DNA of 64,000 bases from Octopus sinensis (taxonomy: Eukaryota), in NCBI RefSeq assembly GCF_006345805.1, contig NC_042999.1, forward strand, positions 72,664,001-72,728,000, read 5' to 3'. The position numbers and the translations under genes were made by a program. Shown here one piece after another: positions 13,706 to 27,564 of this stretch (position 1 is the first letter of the stretch; each line of letters opens with the position of its first letter). The notes beneath the pieces were generated by a model. It ran no database searches, was not told the origin of the DNA, and saw only the letters and a program-made list of their open reading frames with translations.

Positions 13706-13708
<3 letters not shown>
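13152..13708 (-). repeat. 557-bp non-coding repeat embedded in (AAT)n, copy 1
   Basis: Flanked by (ATT)n on both sides; ~99% identical to 13785-14244; orientation inferred from the truncation of copy 2. Confidence 0.8.
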
Positions 13709-13784
<76 letters not shown>

Positions 13785-14244
13785 GAGTGAGAGAGCAGTT
13801 CATGCCATCAAAGTGACACTGGGGTAAAATATACGAAGCCCAATATACCCATCATGACTACCCGTCTGATAAGGGTACACCAGGCACATGCATCACAACC
13901 ATATGTGTGCGACATGGTGATCTCATATCAAGATAAACAGCACATGACCTTGCAGGTGGGGTCCAGTTAGAATTTTCTTCAGGTTGAGTAGCCCATCCCG
14001 CTCAAAAGGTCCCTGAATAAGGGTTGTTTAAGGATGTTGAAAGAACCACCCATGTTTCCAGAGGTGAATTATTCAAACCCCAAAGAATCCCTCTCAACAC
14101 ATGGCTATGATGCTCCCCCACTACTTCTGCTCGTGATCAGAGATGCACATATCGTCAGCCACTCAGGGACATGCTCAACTGGTTAAGGTCAAACAACTGA
14201 CAAGCAAATCTGTGGTATTGAGCAGAATATTTGCTGTAGCCCAT
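13785..14244 (-). repeat. Truncated copy 2 (460 bp) of the (AAT)n-embedded repeat
   Basis: 5 substitutions versus copy 1 by eye; lacks the last 97 bp; followed by (ATT/ATC)n to ~14335. Confidence 0.8.
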
Positions 14245-15220
14245 ATTATTATTATTATTATTATTATCATTATTATTATTATTATTATTATTATCATTAT
14301 TATTATTATCATCATCATTATTATTATTATTATTTAACACGGGGTATACAGCAGAGAATGGGATTTGGGAGATATGTCGCTGTTATTTCTAGTAGTCCCA
14401 GCCACAACGCAGAGGCTCCCAAATGTTGCTTCACATTTGTATGAATTTGTTGGTGATGTTTTGCTGCTGCATGCATCAGCTCTGTTTGAGAAGATCTATC
14501 ATTAAATACGTTCCGCCATTGATCAATCCCATCTTTTTTTTATATCCAGGGTAATTATCCAGTCACGTTCCTTTTTTTTTATTTTATTCAAAACAACAGA
14601 GTCGTATCACTCGAATCAGAATTGGTTGTTATTTCTAACAGGTCGACGTCCGCATACAGGTGTCCTTCATGGGTAATAGTAGCAGTAGTAGTAGGAGTGA
14701 TAGTGGTGGTGGTGGTGGTGGTTGCCATCGTCGACGTCAGTGTTGTTTTTTGTAAATTCTCCTTGTCATATTTTCTTTGTTCTTGTTTATTTATAATTTC
14801 GTTCGTTTATTTATATTATTTGTTTACTTTTTGACATTGTTTGCATGATTGCTTTCCTTTTTGTCGTTCTTGTTGCCGTTAAGATAGTCAGGTAGTTCAG
14901 AATTTTCACGGTGTGTCCTGTTAATTATTTTGTTTTTGTTTTTGTTTTTCGCTCGATGATTTCCTCGATAAATAATATTCAAATTGTACTATTTTTAGCT
15001 TTAATATAACTAAAATTATATACAGCAACAATAGCAACCAAACAACAACAATGACAACAACAAAAGCAATAACAGTTGCAACAACAATAGCAACAATAAC
15101 AACCACTACGACGATGGCCGTGGTAACCACGATGCCCACTACGACGAAGATGATAATGATGATGACAACGATGAGGAGGATTTAGATGCAAGGCCAGCAA
15201 CTTAGAGGAGTAGGAATAAG

Positions 15221-15302
15221 TTGATTACATCGACCTATCAATACTTGACTGCTGCAGAATTTTTTTACCTACGAAAGCAGAAAAGGCAAAACTGACCTCG
15301 GT
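15221..15302 (-). mobile_element. SINE family A core fragment abutting the Tx1 remnant
   Basis: AAGTTGATTACATCGACC...AAAGGCAAAACTGACCTCGG. Confidence 0.55.
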
Positions 15303-16290
15303 CCATGGCTGCCCATCATCAGCAGCAGCCTCCCGAGATAACTCCGGAGTGTATGTCAGCATCAGATGAATTCTTGACAGCGGTACCTCTCGCACGACGG
15401 TCAGGTAGTTGTGCATCACAGAGGCGATGCATCACAGGCGATGCATCACAGAGGCGATGCAACCTCTTCCTTTACGTCTAGAGGTCCGACCATTAGAAGA
15501 CACTGAAAATTTAACAAGGTTCTCCGACAGGCATGATTTTTCTTTCCGTTTGTCGATCTGCAAGTCAACTTATTTGTCTTAGTTTATATATGGCTCGCAG
15601 ACACCTGCTATTTGTTCAGTACGGAGCCGTCCAATTCTATGTCCGAGGAGTCCTAAACTATTTCGGTGTTGTCGATCGTAATTTGTATGATACTCTTCAA
15701 AATTTCAATCCTCAACAGTAATTACTCCAGCGCTAACACATACAGAAAAAAGGAGAAGGGGCATCTTTGATTCGGATCGCTTTGATCACCGAACAGATGC
15801 GGCTGTACATTGTAGCGATCCAGCCTTTAAATACGAGGCCGAAACCAGCTTCTCTTAGGGTAATCACTAGTTAGTGACGGTCAACTTTGTTGAAAGCTTT
15901 GAATGCACAAATTGACCAGTGCCTCATCGAAGCCAGATCAATTCCCGTCCCGCTCTATGATGTATTGCATGAGGTGGATGCAGCCGGCAAGCACCAATCT
16001 CTTGTTGAGACCTTTACCAAAGACTTCAACCCAGTATATAGTAGAGTTGTGGGTCAAAACTTGTCTGTTATATCCTTCATGCTTGAATCCTTTCGTAGTA
16101 ATGTTATCATTTCCTCGTTCACACGGCTGGAAATGTTTCTAATCTACTGCCAGCGATAGTAGACAACTATCAAGATAATAGCAAACCAGCTAAGAGCTTG
16201 TAGGAGACCATTCGGTGACTTGCCTCTCGTATAGCGACTGAACACGTCCGCCGTCTACTGAAATCAGCTTTTTACAGCACTTTGATCGAG
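15303..16290 (-). mobile_element. Tx1/L1-clade LINE reverse-transcriptase fragment
   Basis: Minus strand KAFNKVD, FGPVFKGWIATMYSRICSV, QRCPFSFFLYVLALE (cf. QGCPLSPLLYVLALE), IASV..YLTVV; stops and frameshifts; small internal tandem repeat at 15414-15460. Confidence 0.75.
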
Positions 16291-16621
16291 AGTTGTGATA
16301 GCTGGTCAAGTGGACACCGAAGTCTACTGTCTCTTTACTGACTTTATTGATTAGTGAGTATGTGTAAGGGTGAGACTGGTAGAGGGGTAGTGAGTAGATT
16401 TGCAGGTAATTTCCCTAGTGGGATTATGGAACTGGTTTTAAAGCAGGTAGCAAATATAGAGCTTATCCGCGGAACGCAGTTTTCAGAATCGTCTTGGTTG
16501 AGAAATGGAGGCAATGAGAGTTGATATTATTGATGAGAGAAAAAGGATCAGCTGTTATTTGCGAAACAGGTAGAAAAACTTGTAGGCTATATCATATACC
16601 CACAAATATTTTACATTTTAG

Positions 16622-16675
16622 CTGATGCTCCTGCAGAAGTTACGGTATTGGATAAAAGCCATCCAGTTGCTAAGT
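16622..16675 (+). CDS. Candidate 54-bp symmetric phase-1 internal exon (xDAPAEVTVLDKSHPVAKx)
   Basis: Acceptor TTTTACATTTTAG|, donor |GTAAGT, length divisible by 3, open frame; no neighbouring exon identified, so it could be chance. Confidence 0.35.
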
Positions 16676-17209
16676 GTAAGTGAAATTTCTTAAAGTATTG
16701 TAAATGTGTTCTTTACCTGGAGTACTGGATACGGTTACGAGTGACTGAAACTTTGAGTTTTGGGCTACGTGTAGAATATGGAAGGACATGCTAATAGGAC
16801 AGCTTGGCCCATCTACCTATTTCTGATGGAAATTCGCTAAACTCTAATCTCCACTGTGTCTAGCACAGATGTTCTTACAAAGATTGAAAAATAGATAATC
16901 TGATTTTTATAACGAACATGACATTGTACTAGGTCATCTTGTTGCATAGATGAAATTCTTTAAAAGAAATAAACCCTGCTTATGATTTATGGCTTGTTTT
17001 TTTCATTTTTTTTGTTGATGACTTTGCTCTTATTTGTGTTTTCATTATCACCAAATAAAACCTAATGAATATTATTTGTATTTATCTTGACATGTATGTG
17101 ATATGTACCGTAGTATTAATAGAACATTTGGTTTCGATCGGATGGCCAATACTCAACTCAAGAGCTATATTTTCGCTTGTTCTCAAATTTCAGTTTATAA
17201 GTTTTTAAC

Positions 17210-17247
<38 letters not shown>

Positions 17248-17827
17248 CTATCTATTTATCTCTTTCTTTCTCTTTCTCTCTATTTCTCTTTCTCTTTCCC
17301 TCTCACTCATACATACACACACAAATACACACGCATATACACACACTCATCCACTCACTCACGACTATGAACTATGTGTTAGCCACAATTTTCACTTGTG
17401 CCTTTGAATGAATTGTTATAGTCTATTTCTTAACAACAAAAGATGAACTGAATTGATAAATTCTTTATTACGGTCTTCGTAACAAGCTGTTTTTACGACC
17501 CAAATCATTGAACTGGCCTATTGGTGGCACTTCAAAGGTGTTTTTTTTTTTAATTACTCCTAGTTATAGTCCAAAACAATTTCTCGACGTTAGACAGGAA
17601 ATAACGATTGTTGCAACCACAAACCTTCCATATGTGAATATCTATCAGATTGTGATCAACATTGTCCTTCATAACTTCAAAGCAAATAAACTGATGACCA
17701 CTAACCCAATATAAAATTTCACCTGAGATTCAGGTATAAATCTACATAGATCCCTTACATTGGTAAAAAGGCTGAAAGAATCGGTTGTAGTTAATCGAAT
17801 ATATTTTATCGAAACCGGAATTATAGT

Positions 17828-18070
17828 GGAGGCGCGTGGCATAGTCGTTAGGATGTCGGACTTATGATCGTAAGATTGTGGTTTCGATTCCTGGAACGTG
17901 GAACGCGTTGTGTTCTTGAGCAAAACACTTCATTTCACGTTGCTCCAATCCACTCAGCTGGCAAAAGTGAGTAATCCTACGACGAACTGGCGTCCCGTCC
18001 AGGTGGGAAATATATACGCCATGAAACAGGAAAACAGGCCTTTATGAGTCGACATGACTCGATAAGCAAA
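17828..18070 (+). mobile_element. tRNA-headed SINE family C, tail 1
   Basis: GGCGCGTGGC.TAGT.GTTAGG...TTCGATTCC...TTGAGCAA.ACACTT.ATTTCACGTTGCTCCA. Confidence 0.85.
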
Positions 18071-19263
18071 TTGGAAAAAAAAAAACGGAAATATGAACGA
18101 CAAACATCAAACTAACAGCTTATGTTCATCCTCCCCTCCGACATTTCTCTGAATTCGCAGACACATTACTGCTTAATCACATTCGTTATAAACACCTCAA
18201 AGATGCTGGAAATCATTTTAAACGATCACCTACCCTATTGCATTGTCCCTTTCAGTACTCAATAACTATCAGTACAATTCAGAAGAACCAGATCTACAGG
18301 CATCTTTTGCATCTTGAAAGAATTGGTAGGGTGCGGGCCATAGCTTTCAGCCTTGTCTACTAGAAGAACATGCTACCAAATTGTCCGTCAACGAGCTCAT
18401 ACCTCTTATTATGTATCGTTGGTAATCATTCCAGTCCCTTATATTGACTTACTAGTGATTCACATAAACACAATACAGTCTAATCACTAAATAAAAGAAT
18501 GAATAGGAATATCTAAAGTTAAAATTCAATTTGCCAAGTAGCAAATGTGGCTGACTGGTAATTTAGCCGGTTTTTCATTCGTTTTGTTTTTGTTTTGTTA
18601 TTGTTGTTTGTGGTTGTTTTTATTTGATGCAGATGTTGTGGATGTTGTTCTTGAGTAGACTTCGCTCCACGAGCAATATCTCAAGGCGCAACCAATTAAA
18701 AGCTTGCTAAACTGTCATCTAACAAAACACGTCAAATATGGTCTAGATTTTGAACAGCGAATTTTTGTTTTAATCAAGTTTAGAGTAATAATATATATAC
18801 ATAGATACGCATACAGTTAATACTAAAAGATACTTTGAATATATATTCAGGGCTTATGTTGAAATAAAAAGTGTATAAAATATATCAAATGTCTAAATAC
18901 AATGAGTTTTTAGTAGTTAAATGCTGACAAAGCCTATGGTCTCTTAAAATTTTTATTAATGAAAGCATGAAAAGAATCGTAAATGTGTGTTACTGCTTTT
19001 GTACACCACTACAAAATCCGATTATATACGGAATCAGCCAAAAACATCAAAAACTTAATCGCATTGAATCTATTTTCTGTCAGCCGCTCGAAGGGAAATC
19101 TCAATATTAAGTATTTATTCCTTGTGTATATCATTCTGTACACCCCTTAACTCAATTATCCTAACTCCTGCTATTACCCACTCACTGGAGATTTCATTCA
19201 TCTTTTTAATTTTAATTTTCAATATGCAGATTACTCTGCCCCACAAATATATTTAGCTCGACC

Positions 19264-19341
<78 letters not shown>

Positions 19342-19483
19342 CCAACTTAACGTGGATACCTTGTTACAACGTCAAATACTGCGGTATTCGTCTTGAGAGG
19401 TCCGCTCATGTAGACGCATGGTGCATTAAAACACAGACATATATCATGGCAGACGATAATTGTCTGACATGAGAGCCGGAATC

Positions 19484-19525
19484 GCCCAATCGTATGATTT
19501 CAAAGTATTGCACTTTTTCAGTGGC
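19484..19525 (-). ncRNA. Decayed hammerhead motif, left arm of the palindrome
   Basis: Minus strand GCCA-CUGAAAA-AGUGCAAUACUUU-GAA-AUC(AUAC)GAU-U-GGGC; G8A and a helix I mismatch. Confidence 0.3.
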
Positions 19526-19651
19526 AGGCATCTGGTGATTGCATATCAGCTAAACAGTGGTTGGCTATTTGCAACATCAGTGACAGAAAAGGCACTGATA
19601 TTTTATATGTAGTACCAGCGAGATTTGGTTGCTATGCGGTCACCGAACACC

Positions 19652-19693
19652 GCCACTGAAGAAGCGCAGTACAATGAAATTATGTGATCTGGT
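19652..19693 (+). ncRNA. Decayed hammerhead motif, right arm of the palindrome
   Basis: GCCA-CUGAAGA-[13 nt, helix II disrupted]-GAA-AUU(AUGU)GAU-C|UGGU; core, helix I and helix III intact. Confidence 0.45.
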
Positions 19694-20260
19694 AGTTCTG
19701 GCGCCCATACCAAACGCTCTTCAACAGCTGCAATATATGTCTGGGTTTTTATACCCCATGCGACTATATGTGAGGACCTCTCAAGAAGAATACGGCAATA
19801 TATTCGGCGTTGTAACAAGACATCCACATTAAGTTCGATATAAAGATTGCCTTTTGTTACTAATACTGCTTCCGTCGCTAATAATTATTTTATATATGTG
19901 TGTGTGTATGTGTATATGTGTGTGTTTGTGGGTGCGCGCGCTTGTATATGCGCGCGCGAGTGCGTGTAATAACTGATCTTCAGGCAAGAGAATACTGTGC
20001 TGTGCTGACGAGGTCAAACAAGCCAAAAGGTTTAAATCAAATCGAGAAATTTAGTCATAATTTCTTGAAAATCTCCCCTCCTTTTCTTGAGAGTCGCTAA
20101 CAATTGCCGCTGAGATTTTCTTTCCCGCTCAAAAAACACAATCAATTATTTATTGTGTATGGCGTTCTGTACACCATAGATATACATCATGTTATCTATG
20201 TATTAATTAAATTGTGTATACGTGAGGGCATGCTGGCGTGTGTGTGCGCGTGTGTTTGTA

Positions 20261-20441
<181 letters not shown>

Positions 20442-20463
20442 GCGATTAATAATATATTCAAGT

Positions 20464-20706
20464 AAGGCGGCGAACTGGCAGAAACGTTAGCATGCCGGGC
20501 GAAATGCGGAGCCGTATTTCGTCTGCCGTTACGTTCTGGGTTCAAATTCCGCCGAGGTCGACTTTGCCTTTCATCCTTTCGGGGTCGATAAATTAAGTAC
20601 CAGTTACGCACTGGAGTCGATATAATCGATTTAATTCCTTTGTCTGTCCTTGTTTGTCCCCTCTGTGGGTATAAAGAAATATATAAATAATAAAGAAATA
20701 TATAAA
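20464..20706 (+). mobile_element. SINE family A, tail type 1
   Basis: A/B-box-like head, GAGGTCGACTTTGCCTTTCATCCTTTCGGGGTCGATAAA core, duplicated ATAAAGAAATATATAAATA end. Confidence 0.9.
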
Positions 20707-20707
20707 T

Positions 20708-21175
20708 AACTAGCAGCATAGCCCGGCATTGCCCGGGTATGTAAGAGCCCCTAGTAGGCAACGACTAATCCCAATCTAGTCCTTTCCCTTTAGGGAACGA
20801 AGGCGCATGTGTAGGTTGCAATGTCTTCTCTTCACTCAAATACTTCCGTGTATACAATGTTCCTAGCTGTCCCTTTGGGCGAAAACATGAAAACATCATT
20901 GCGCCTCCCAACGCGTGAACAGCCCACGTACAGTCCAGAAAATGTGTTGCATATAAAAAGCTTAGATTCTCGACCCCATGTCGAATTTATCGATTTTTTC
21001 AGAACTGGGGGAACTTTTCAAAATTTTCGCTGCGTTAGTTTTGAATTATGACATTGGGCTATGTGTGTGTCAAGTTTCATCAGAATCGGTTGAAAGCCGT
21101 GGTCAGGGTGAGGATACAACCTAACAGACACACAGACACACAGACAGACAAACTGCCGTTTATATAGAGAGAGAT
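20708..21175 (+). mobile_element. Non-autonomous Helitron/Helentron (HINE/DINE-1-like) element
   Basis: 5' ACTAGC...CCCGGCATTGCCCGGG hairpin; 3' AAGTTTCATCAGAATCGG, (ACAG/ACAC)n tract and TTTATATAGAGAGAGAT end, the usual layout of these elements. Confidence 0.65.
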
Positions 21176-21739
21176 ATATTCAAGAGTTTGACCATTCTTT
21201 GGTTTTACATAGCGGATTATAATTTTGAATGATGACAAAATAATTACCCAGAATATCTGATGTCTGTTAACAGCAGCTTACCACCCAGAATTTCGGGTGG
21301 TAAATAGAAGAATGTAGCTTATGAGACATGAACATCTATTCCAGCACTTTATACAGTAGTCTGTAAAACCATTCACGTGCGAGTGTTTCTGTGCGTGGGC
21401 GTTAAGGTCGTTAAGTAATAAATAACAACAGACATTTGCAAATGAAAGATCTCGACAGTTACGGCAGAGACAAATTTATTCTGTAAATTTGACTTAAGTT
21501 TTCGAGTTTTGCCTCTCGCGATTTATTACGCTTGCGCACGTATATGTGTGTCTCTATGCCCAAGTGAGCATGTGTGTGTGTGTGTGTGTATGTGTGTGTG
21601 TGCGCGCGCGTATGTATGTATGCATGTATGTATGTTTGTATATAGATACATACACATATATGTATGTATACAGAATGAATGTTTTTTTTGGGGGGGGGGG
21701 GGTAGGACACTTCTTTCAAGAGCTCTAACTTTCTTCTAA

Positions 21740-22790
21740 TTTTACTGTGTTTTTTTATCCTTACCTATCACTCTGCAAATAGCAAGTTACGCTGGAATCG
21801 TTGCCTTAAAAGCACACCATAGGGAAAAAGAGACAGCCCGCTTCCTGATAGCTGGCTTCCCCTTTTGTTGCCAAAGTTCGAAAGGAGTTGTAAGCTGCTG
21901 ACAAGAATCCACCATTATCAGCGAAACGTATGCACAGGCTTTTAATACCATCAGGATACATTACTTTGTGCAAACAGTCCAAGATATAATCGACAAAAAA
22001 AAAAAACACCCAGAAATTCAATCAAAACCATTGCGAAGAATCTCAAGGTTTCAAAATGCACCCTCAGAAGAGGTGTGCATGAGAACATCCAGTACGAGTC
22101 GTATATGATCCGGAGGGGTCAGTTTATGTCGAATATGGCAAGAGAGAATCGTTCGATCCGCGCAAAGCGTTTGCTAAACAAGTTAAAACACCAAGATGCT
22201 TTAGTTTTTCTCTGATGAGAAAACTTCGATCAGGACCAAAAGGTAAACCGAAGGAACGACAGATGGTTATAATGTTCTGACAATCATGCATACTAAGTTC
22301 CCAACAGCTGTAATGGTTCTGGGAGCCGTCGGCAACGAGGGAGATGCCATACCTCTTCACTTGTTTTCACAGGGCTTAAGGATCAATGCCACTATATACA
22401 CAAGTGTGTTGTATAAAGTTGTGAGACCCTGAATACACAATGGCATTTGTATGTCTTCAAACAAGACTGCGACGTTTCATAAGGCTAGAATAACCCAAGC
22501 GTGGATGCCTGCCAATCTCCATGATCGTGATCTCTCAGACATATAGCCTCCTATTTCATCACACCTCAATCCACAAGACTATTGAGTAAGAGCTCAATGA
22601 AGAGCCCCATAATTCTATACAAACTCCCAAGTACGCCATAATCAGCACTATGTCCAAAATTGATAAAGATCATCTGATTCGAGCTTATCAATGCTTCCGA
22701 TCTCGTACTGAAACAACAATTGATGCTAACGGTGGACTCATTAAAGAGATTTTGACAAAAACATTCTCGGAATTATTTGTATTCAAATAC
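21740..22790 (+). mobile_element. DD37D (maT-type) transposase fossil
   Basis: FSDEKNFDQDQKVNRRNDRW, HTKFPTAVMVLG, FKQD...PPISSHLNPQDY; spacing restores to 37 when one frameshift is corrected. Confidence 0.8.
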
Positions 22791-22860
22791 ACCTTTTCTT
22801 TGATGAGCTATGCGTCTTTTTTCTAAATTCAAAGAATGACGTAAAAAACTGACGCACCAT

Positions 22861-23408
<548 letters not shown>

Positions 23409-23673
23409 GTAGAAGACAAAGATTCATTATTCTTGATAACCGTTTCAGCTGCAAACGCATGGTGTGCATCGGTCCAAGCCATGATGTCAACTGAAAAGAA
23501 ATAAATGCAATAAAATATTAGCTACATTAAGACATCGTTACCACTTGCCAAACCAATGGTCGTGGGAGCATTGCACATGATGTGTACAGTAGGGCCACGC
23601 CCACAGCGGTGTAAGATGTAGGTTTATTTTTTCTGTGGCACTCTATGTATGTGTGTGTTTATGTGTGTGTATG

Positions 23674-23712
<39 letters not shown>

Positions 23713-24508
23713 GTATGAAGGAAGGTATGCATATACGTGTCTCTTTATATATGTCAATATATATTTAAACTTATCTTTATCTATTACATGTTTCAGTCAT
23801 TAGACTGTGGTCATGCTGGGGTTTCAATATATATAATATATAATATATATATATAATATATATATATATATTATATATATATATTAGGTAAAAACATAAT
23901 AAATATACAAACAAACGAAAAACAGACACAGAAGGTCACGACTCATCATTTATCAAACGGAGAATCAAACGCAATTTCGCACCTTTAACGATAATGTTGA
24001 ATCCATTTTGGTGGCGTCAGCAACCAAAAAGGCTACTGGGAAATGGGGCAAAAGCATTAGTAAACAGCCAAGAGGACAATGACAAAATAAAAAGAAAGGA
24101 CAGTATACACCCAAGGGCCGGACAGAGACGAAATCGTGGATAACGCTCGGAAGAAAATTTTCATGGATTAAAACAGAAGCACAACAGACAGCAAATCAGG
24201 TTGAAGTGGGAAATCACAGAAAATACGACTGGTTGCTTCAGTGTTCGGTGTGAAAAGGAGGGAGAAAGAGCAAAAGAAAGTAGGATAACCATGGATCACG
24301 TGTAACCGGAATGGAAGTAATATTGTCTTTAAAGGCGCGAAATCGCATTCGACCCACTAGCTGATAGCTGGTGAGTAGTTGGTGACATTCTGTGTCTGTT
24401 TTCCGCTTGTTTGTGCAATTATTACGGTTTTTACCTCATTAATTAATGGAATGCTACGTGATCTTGACTTTATATATATATATATATATATGTCTGTGTG
24501 TGTGTATG

Positions 24509-24539
<31 letters not shown>

Positions 24540-24548
24540 ATATATATA

Positions 24549-24600
<52 letters not shown>

Positions 24601-24659
24601 CATATATATTCATATATCATTGATACATGTACGTGTATATACATGTGTATATATGTATA

Positions 24660-24690
<31 letters not shown>

Positions 24691-24707
24691 GTATATAAAT
24701 ATATATA

Positions 24708-24769
<62 letters not shown>

Positions 24770-26034
24770 CAGGGGTTGGACAAAATAATGGAAACACCTA
24801 GCATCATAGCATCATAATTTTGAAATATCTATAAAACTGTGAAAAGCTTGTTTATTTTTATGTTTTTTTATTTATTATTAGTGTTACTTACTATGTTCTG
24901 CTAAAATTGCTGTTTTTTTTCGGATATCATCAGAAAAAGGTAATTAAAATTCATTAAAATTACAGATCTATCAGACTTTCAAAGAGGTTAAATTGTTGGT
25001 GCTCGCATAGCAGGCGCTAGCGTAACGAAAACGGCCGAAATGTTTGGTGTATCAAGAAGTACTGTCTCGAAAGTAATGACAGCCTTTGTGAAAGACGGGA
25101 AATCTCCTCGTCGAAACAAAACCCTGGAAGAAAATCAAAACTTTCAGACAGGGACCGTCGGACTCTTAAGTGGATTGCTAGAAAGGATCACAAAAGTACA
25201 GCTCCCAAAATTACAGCAGAGCTTAATGACCACCTCGAGAACCCACTTTCCATAAAAGCTGTTCGCCGGGAGCTGCACAAAGCCGGATCTCACGGGAGGA
25301 CTGCAATAAGAATACCACTACTTTCAAAAACAAACGTTACAAAGCATTTAGAATGGAGTAAAAACCTACAGAATTTGTTCCTAGAGCAGTGGAAGGATGC
25401 TATTTTCTCGGACGAGTCATCCTTTACCTTATTTCCCACCACCGGCCGAGTATACATGTGAAGAATGGAGACAGCCAAAAGAAGCATTCGACTCAGACTG
25501 CCTTCTTCCAGCTGTTAAACATGGAGGAGGATCTGTGATGATGTGGTGGGGGCTGTTTCTTGGAAATCCGCCGGCCCAATGGTTTCCCTTCATGGCAGAA
25601 TTAATAGTCAAGACCATTTAAGCATTTTATTTGATCAAATTCACCCTATGGTTGCGGAACTGTTTCCAGGGAAAAACGCAATCTATCAGGATGATAAAGC
25701 GCTAGTTCACGCAGCTAAAGTTGTTATTGAATGACACAAGGAACATTCTAGTGAAGTTGAACATCTTATCTGGCCACTACAGTCTGCAGATCTCACTACT
25801 ATTGAACATTTATGGTGCATTTTAGAAAAACAAGTAGGGAGTCGATATCCTCCACCATCATCACTATAAGAACTGGAGACTGTTTTAGCTGAAGAATGGA
25901 CAAAAATTCCTTTGGAAACAATTCAAACTTTGTACGAGTCCATACCTCATAGAATTCAAGCTGTAATTACTGCCAAAGGTGGTCCTACTCCATATCAAAA
26001 TATATTTGTTTGAAATTTTAAGGTTTTTCCACTA
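24770..26034 (+). mobile_element. Tc1-family DNA transposon fossil with DD36E spacing
   Basis: TA|CAGGGGTTGGACAAAATAATGGAAACACC left TIR; partial right TIR AAGGTTTTTCCACTA; DLSDFQRG, FSDESSF, KHGGGSVM, YQDD-36aa-EHLW; stops and frameshifts. Confidence 0.9.
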
Positions 26035-26045
26035 TGTGTGTATAT

Positions 26046-26111
<66 letters not shown>

Positions 26112-26224
26112 TATTGATATATGTGTATGTTTGTATGTATATATATATATATATATACACACACATATATATATATACATGTGTGTACGTGTATGTATGC
26201 ATGTGCCTGTATATGTGTATATAA

Positions 26225-26309
<85 letters not shown>

Positions 26310-27084
26310 ATATACATATATTGCTAGAAATAAGAGTTAAGAACCCTTAGAGCCGCAAGAAAACGCATTTTCATAAACTGACAATGAAGATAACCGCCCC
26401 ACACCGAAGCTAGATCACTATACTAAACTAGTTTGGCCTGAAAATCACAAGCTCCTCAGCAGTGACTGCTCCATCGCCGGACCGTTTGGCTATATAACCT
26501 GACACTCAGTATGTATATTTGCCATAAGAGTTTATGGCTGATTCAGCAAAATGCTCATGTGAAAATTATAAAATAGCGAAGGCAGCTATACGCACACCAC
26601 ATTATATTATTATAAGTAATTACTTTTCATATAACAGGGATTACTTTAAGAGTTAAATATGAGGGTGTTTTAGATTGTGGTTAAATAGCTACTGAATTGC
26701 CTACGTGACAAATCAGTAGTTCATAGGACTTCAGAAGAAACTATATATACATATTGTTTATACATTTTGTTTGTTTTGCTCTGTTTATGTTTTTGTTTTG
26801 TTTCGTTAGATTGTTGAAACTCCATTCGGTGTAATCGTATAACTGATGGCACGATCAACAGGTAATCTACAGGTGTATGGTTTGATTGCAATGTTTTTCT
26901 TTTTCTTTTTTCTGCCTTATCTTAGCACCAACTGTAAGCATTATTTGCTTTGGGATTCACTGTTCATAAAATCGAATTATTTCTAGTTCTCGAAGTTTCT
27001 AAACAAAACATACATAGACACATATTCATAGATGTATGTGTGTGTGTGTGTACGTGTGTATATAAAATATAATATATTCTTTTA

Positions 27085-27290
27085 TTCTTTTTACTTCTTT
27101 CAGTCAGTTGACTGTGGCCATGCTGGAGCACCGCTTTTAGCCGAGCAAATCGACCCCTGCGCCTATTCTTTGTAAGCCTAGTACTTATTCTATCGGTCTT
27201 TTTTTTTTGCTGAAGCGCTATGTTACGAGAGCGTAAACGAACCAGCGTCGGTTGTCAAACGATGTTGGGGGTCAAACGCAAACATACAAA
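27085..27290 (-). mobile_element. SINE family B, 3' half
   Basis: TTTCAGTCA.TTGACTG.GGCCATGCTGGAGCACCGC...GTACTTATTCTATCGG. Confidence 0.8.
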
Positions 27291-27564
27291 CATACACGCA
27301 CACACACATACATACATATATATTATTAGAGAGATCTAATGGATATAAATTAAGTAAACAATTGATTAATTGACATATGAATATGTTAATTAATTAATAA
27401 ATTCATTTGTATCCATTAGGTCTCTCCGTTTTCAAACTTAATTATAATATTTGATATTTTATGATATTTTATATAATATATTCATTGAAGAAATATCTTT
27501 TCAAAATACAGTATAATACAATATATTAAAAGATATATTTTATCTTGGCTAAAAATATCCCTGT

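Larger units (their letters stand above)
19344..19835. mobile_element. ~490-bp decayed palindrome (foldback) with ~10-nt loop
   Basis: AACTTAACGTGGA...TCCACATTAAGTT ends; centre AACATCAGTG-ACAGAAAAGG-CACTGATATT (19573-19602); arms align along their whole length by eye. Confidence 0.75.

Noticed and set aside
19718-19731. 14-nt match CTGTTGAAGAGCGT (minus strand) to the A6U hammerhead family
   Set aside because: No GCTC-GAAAC follows and the opposite arm does not share it; treated as coincidence.
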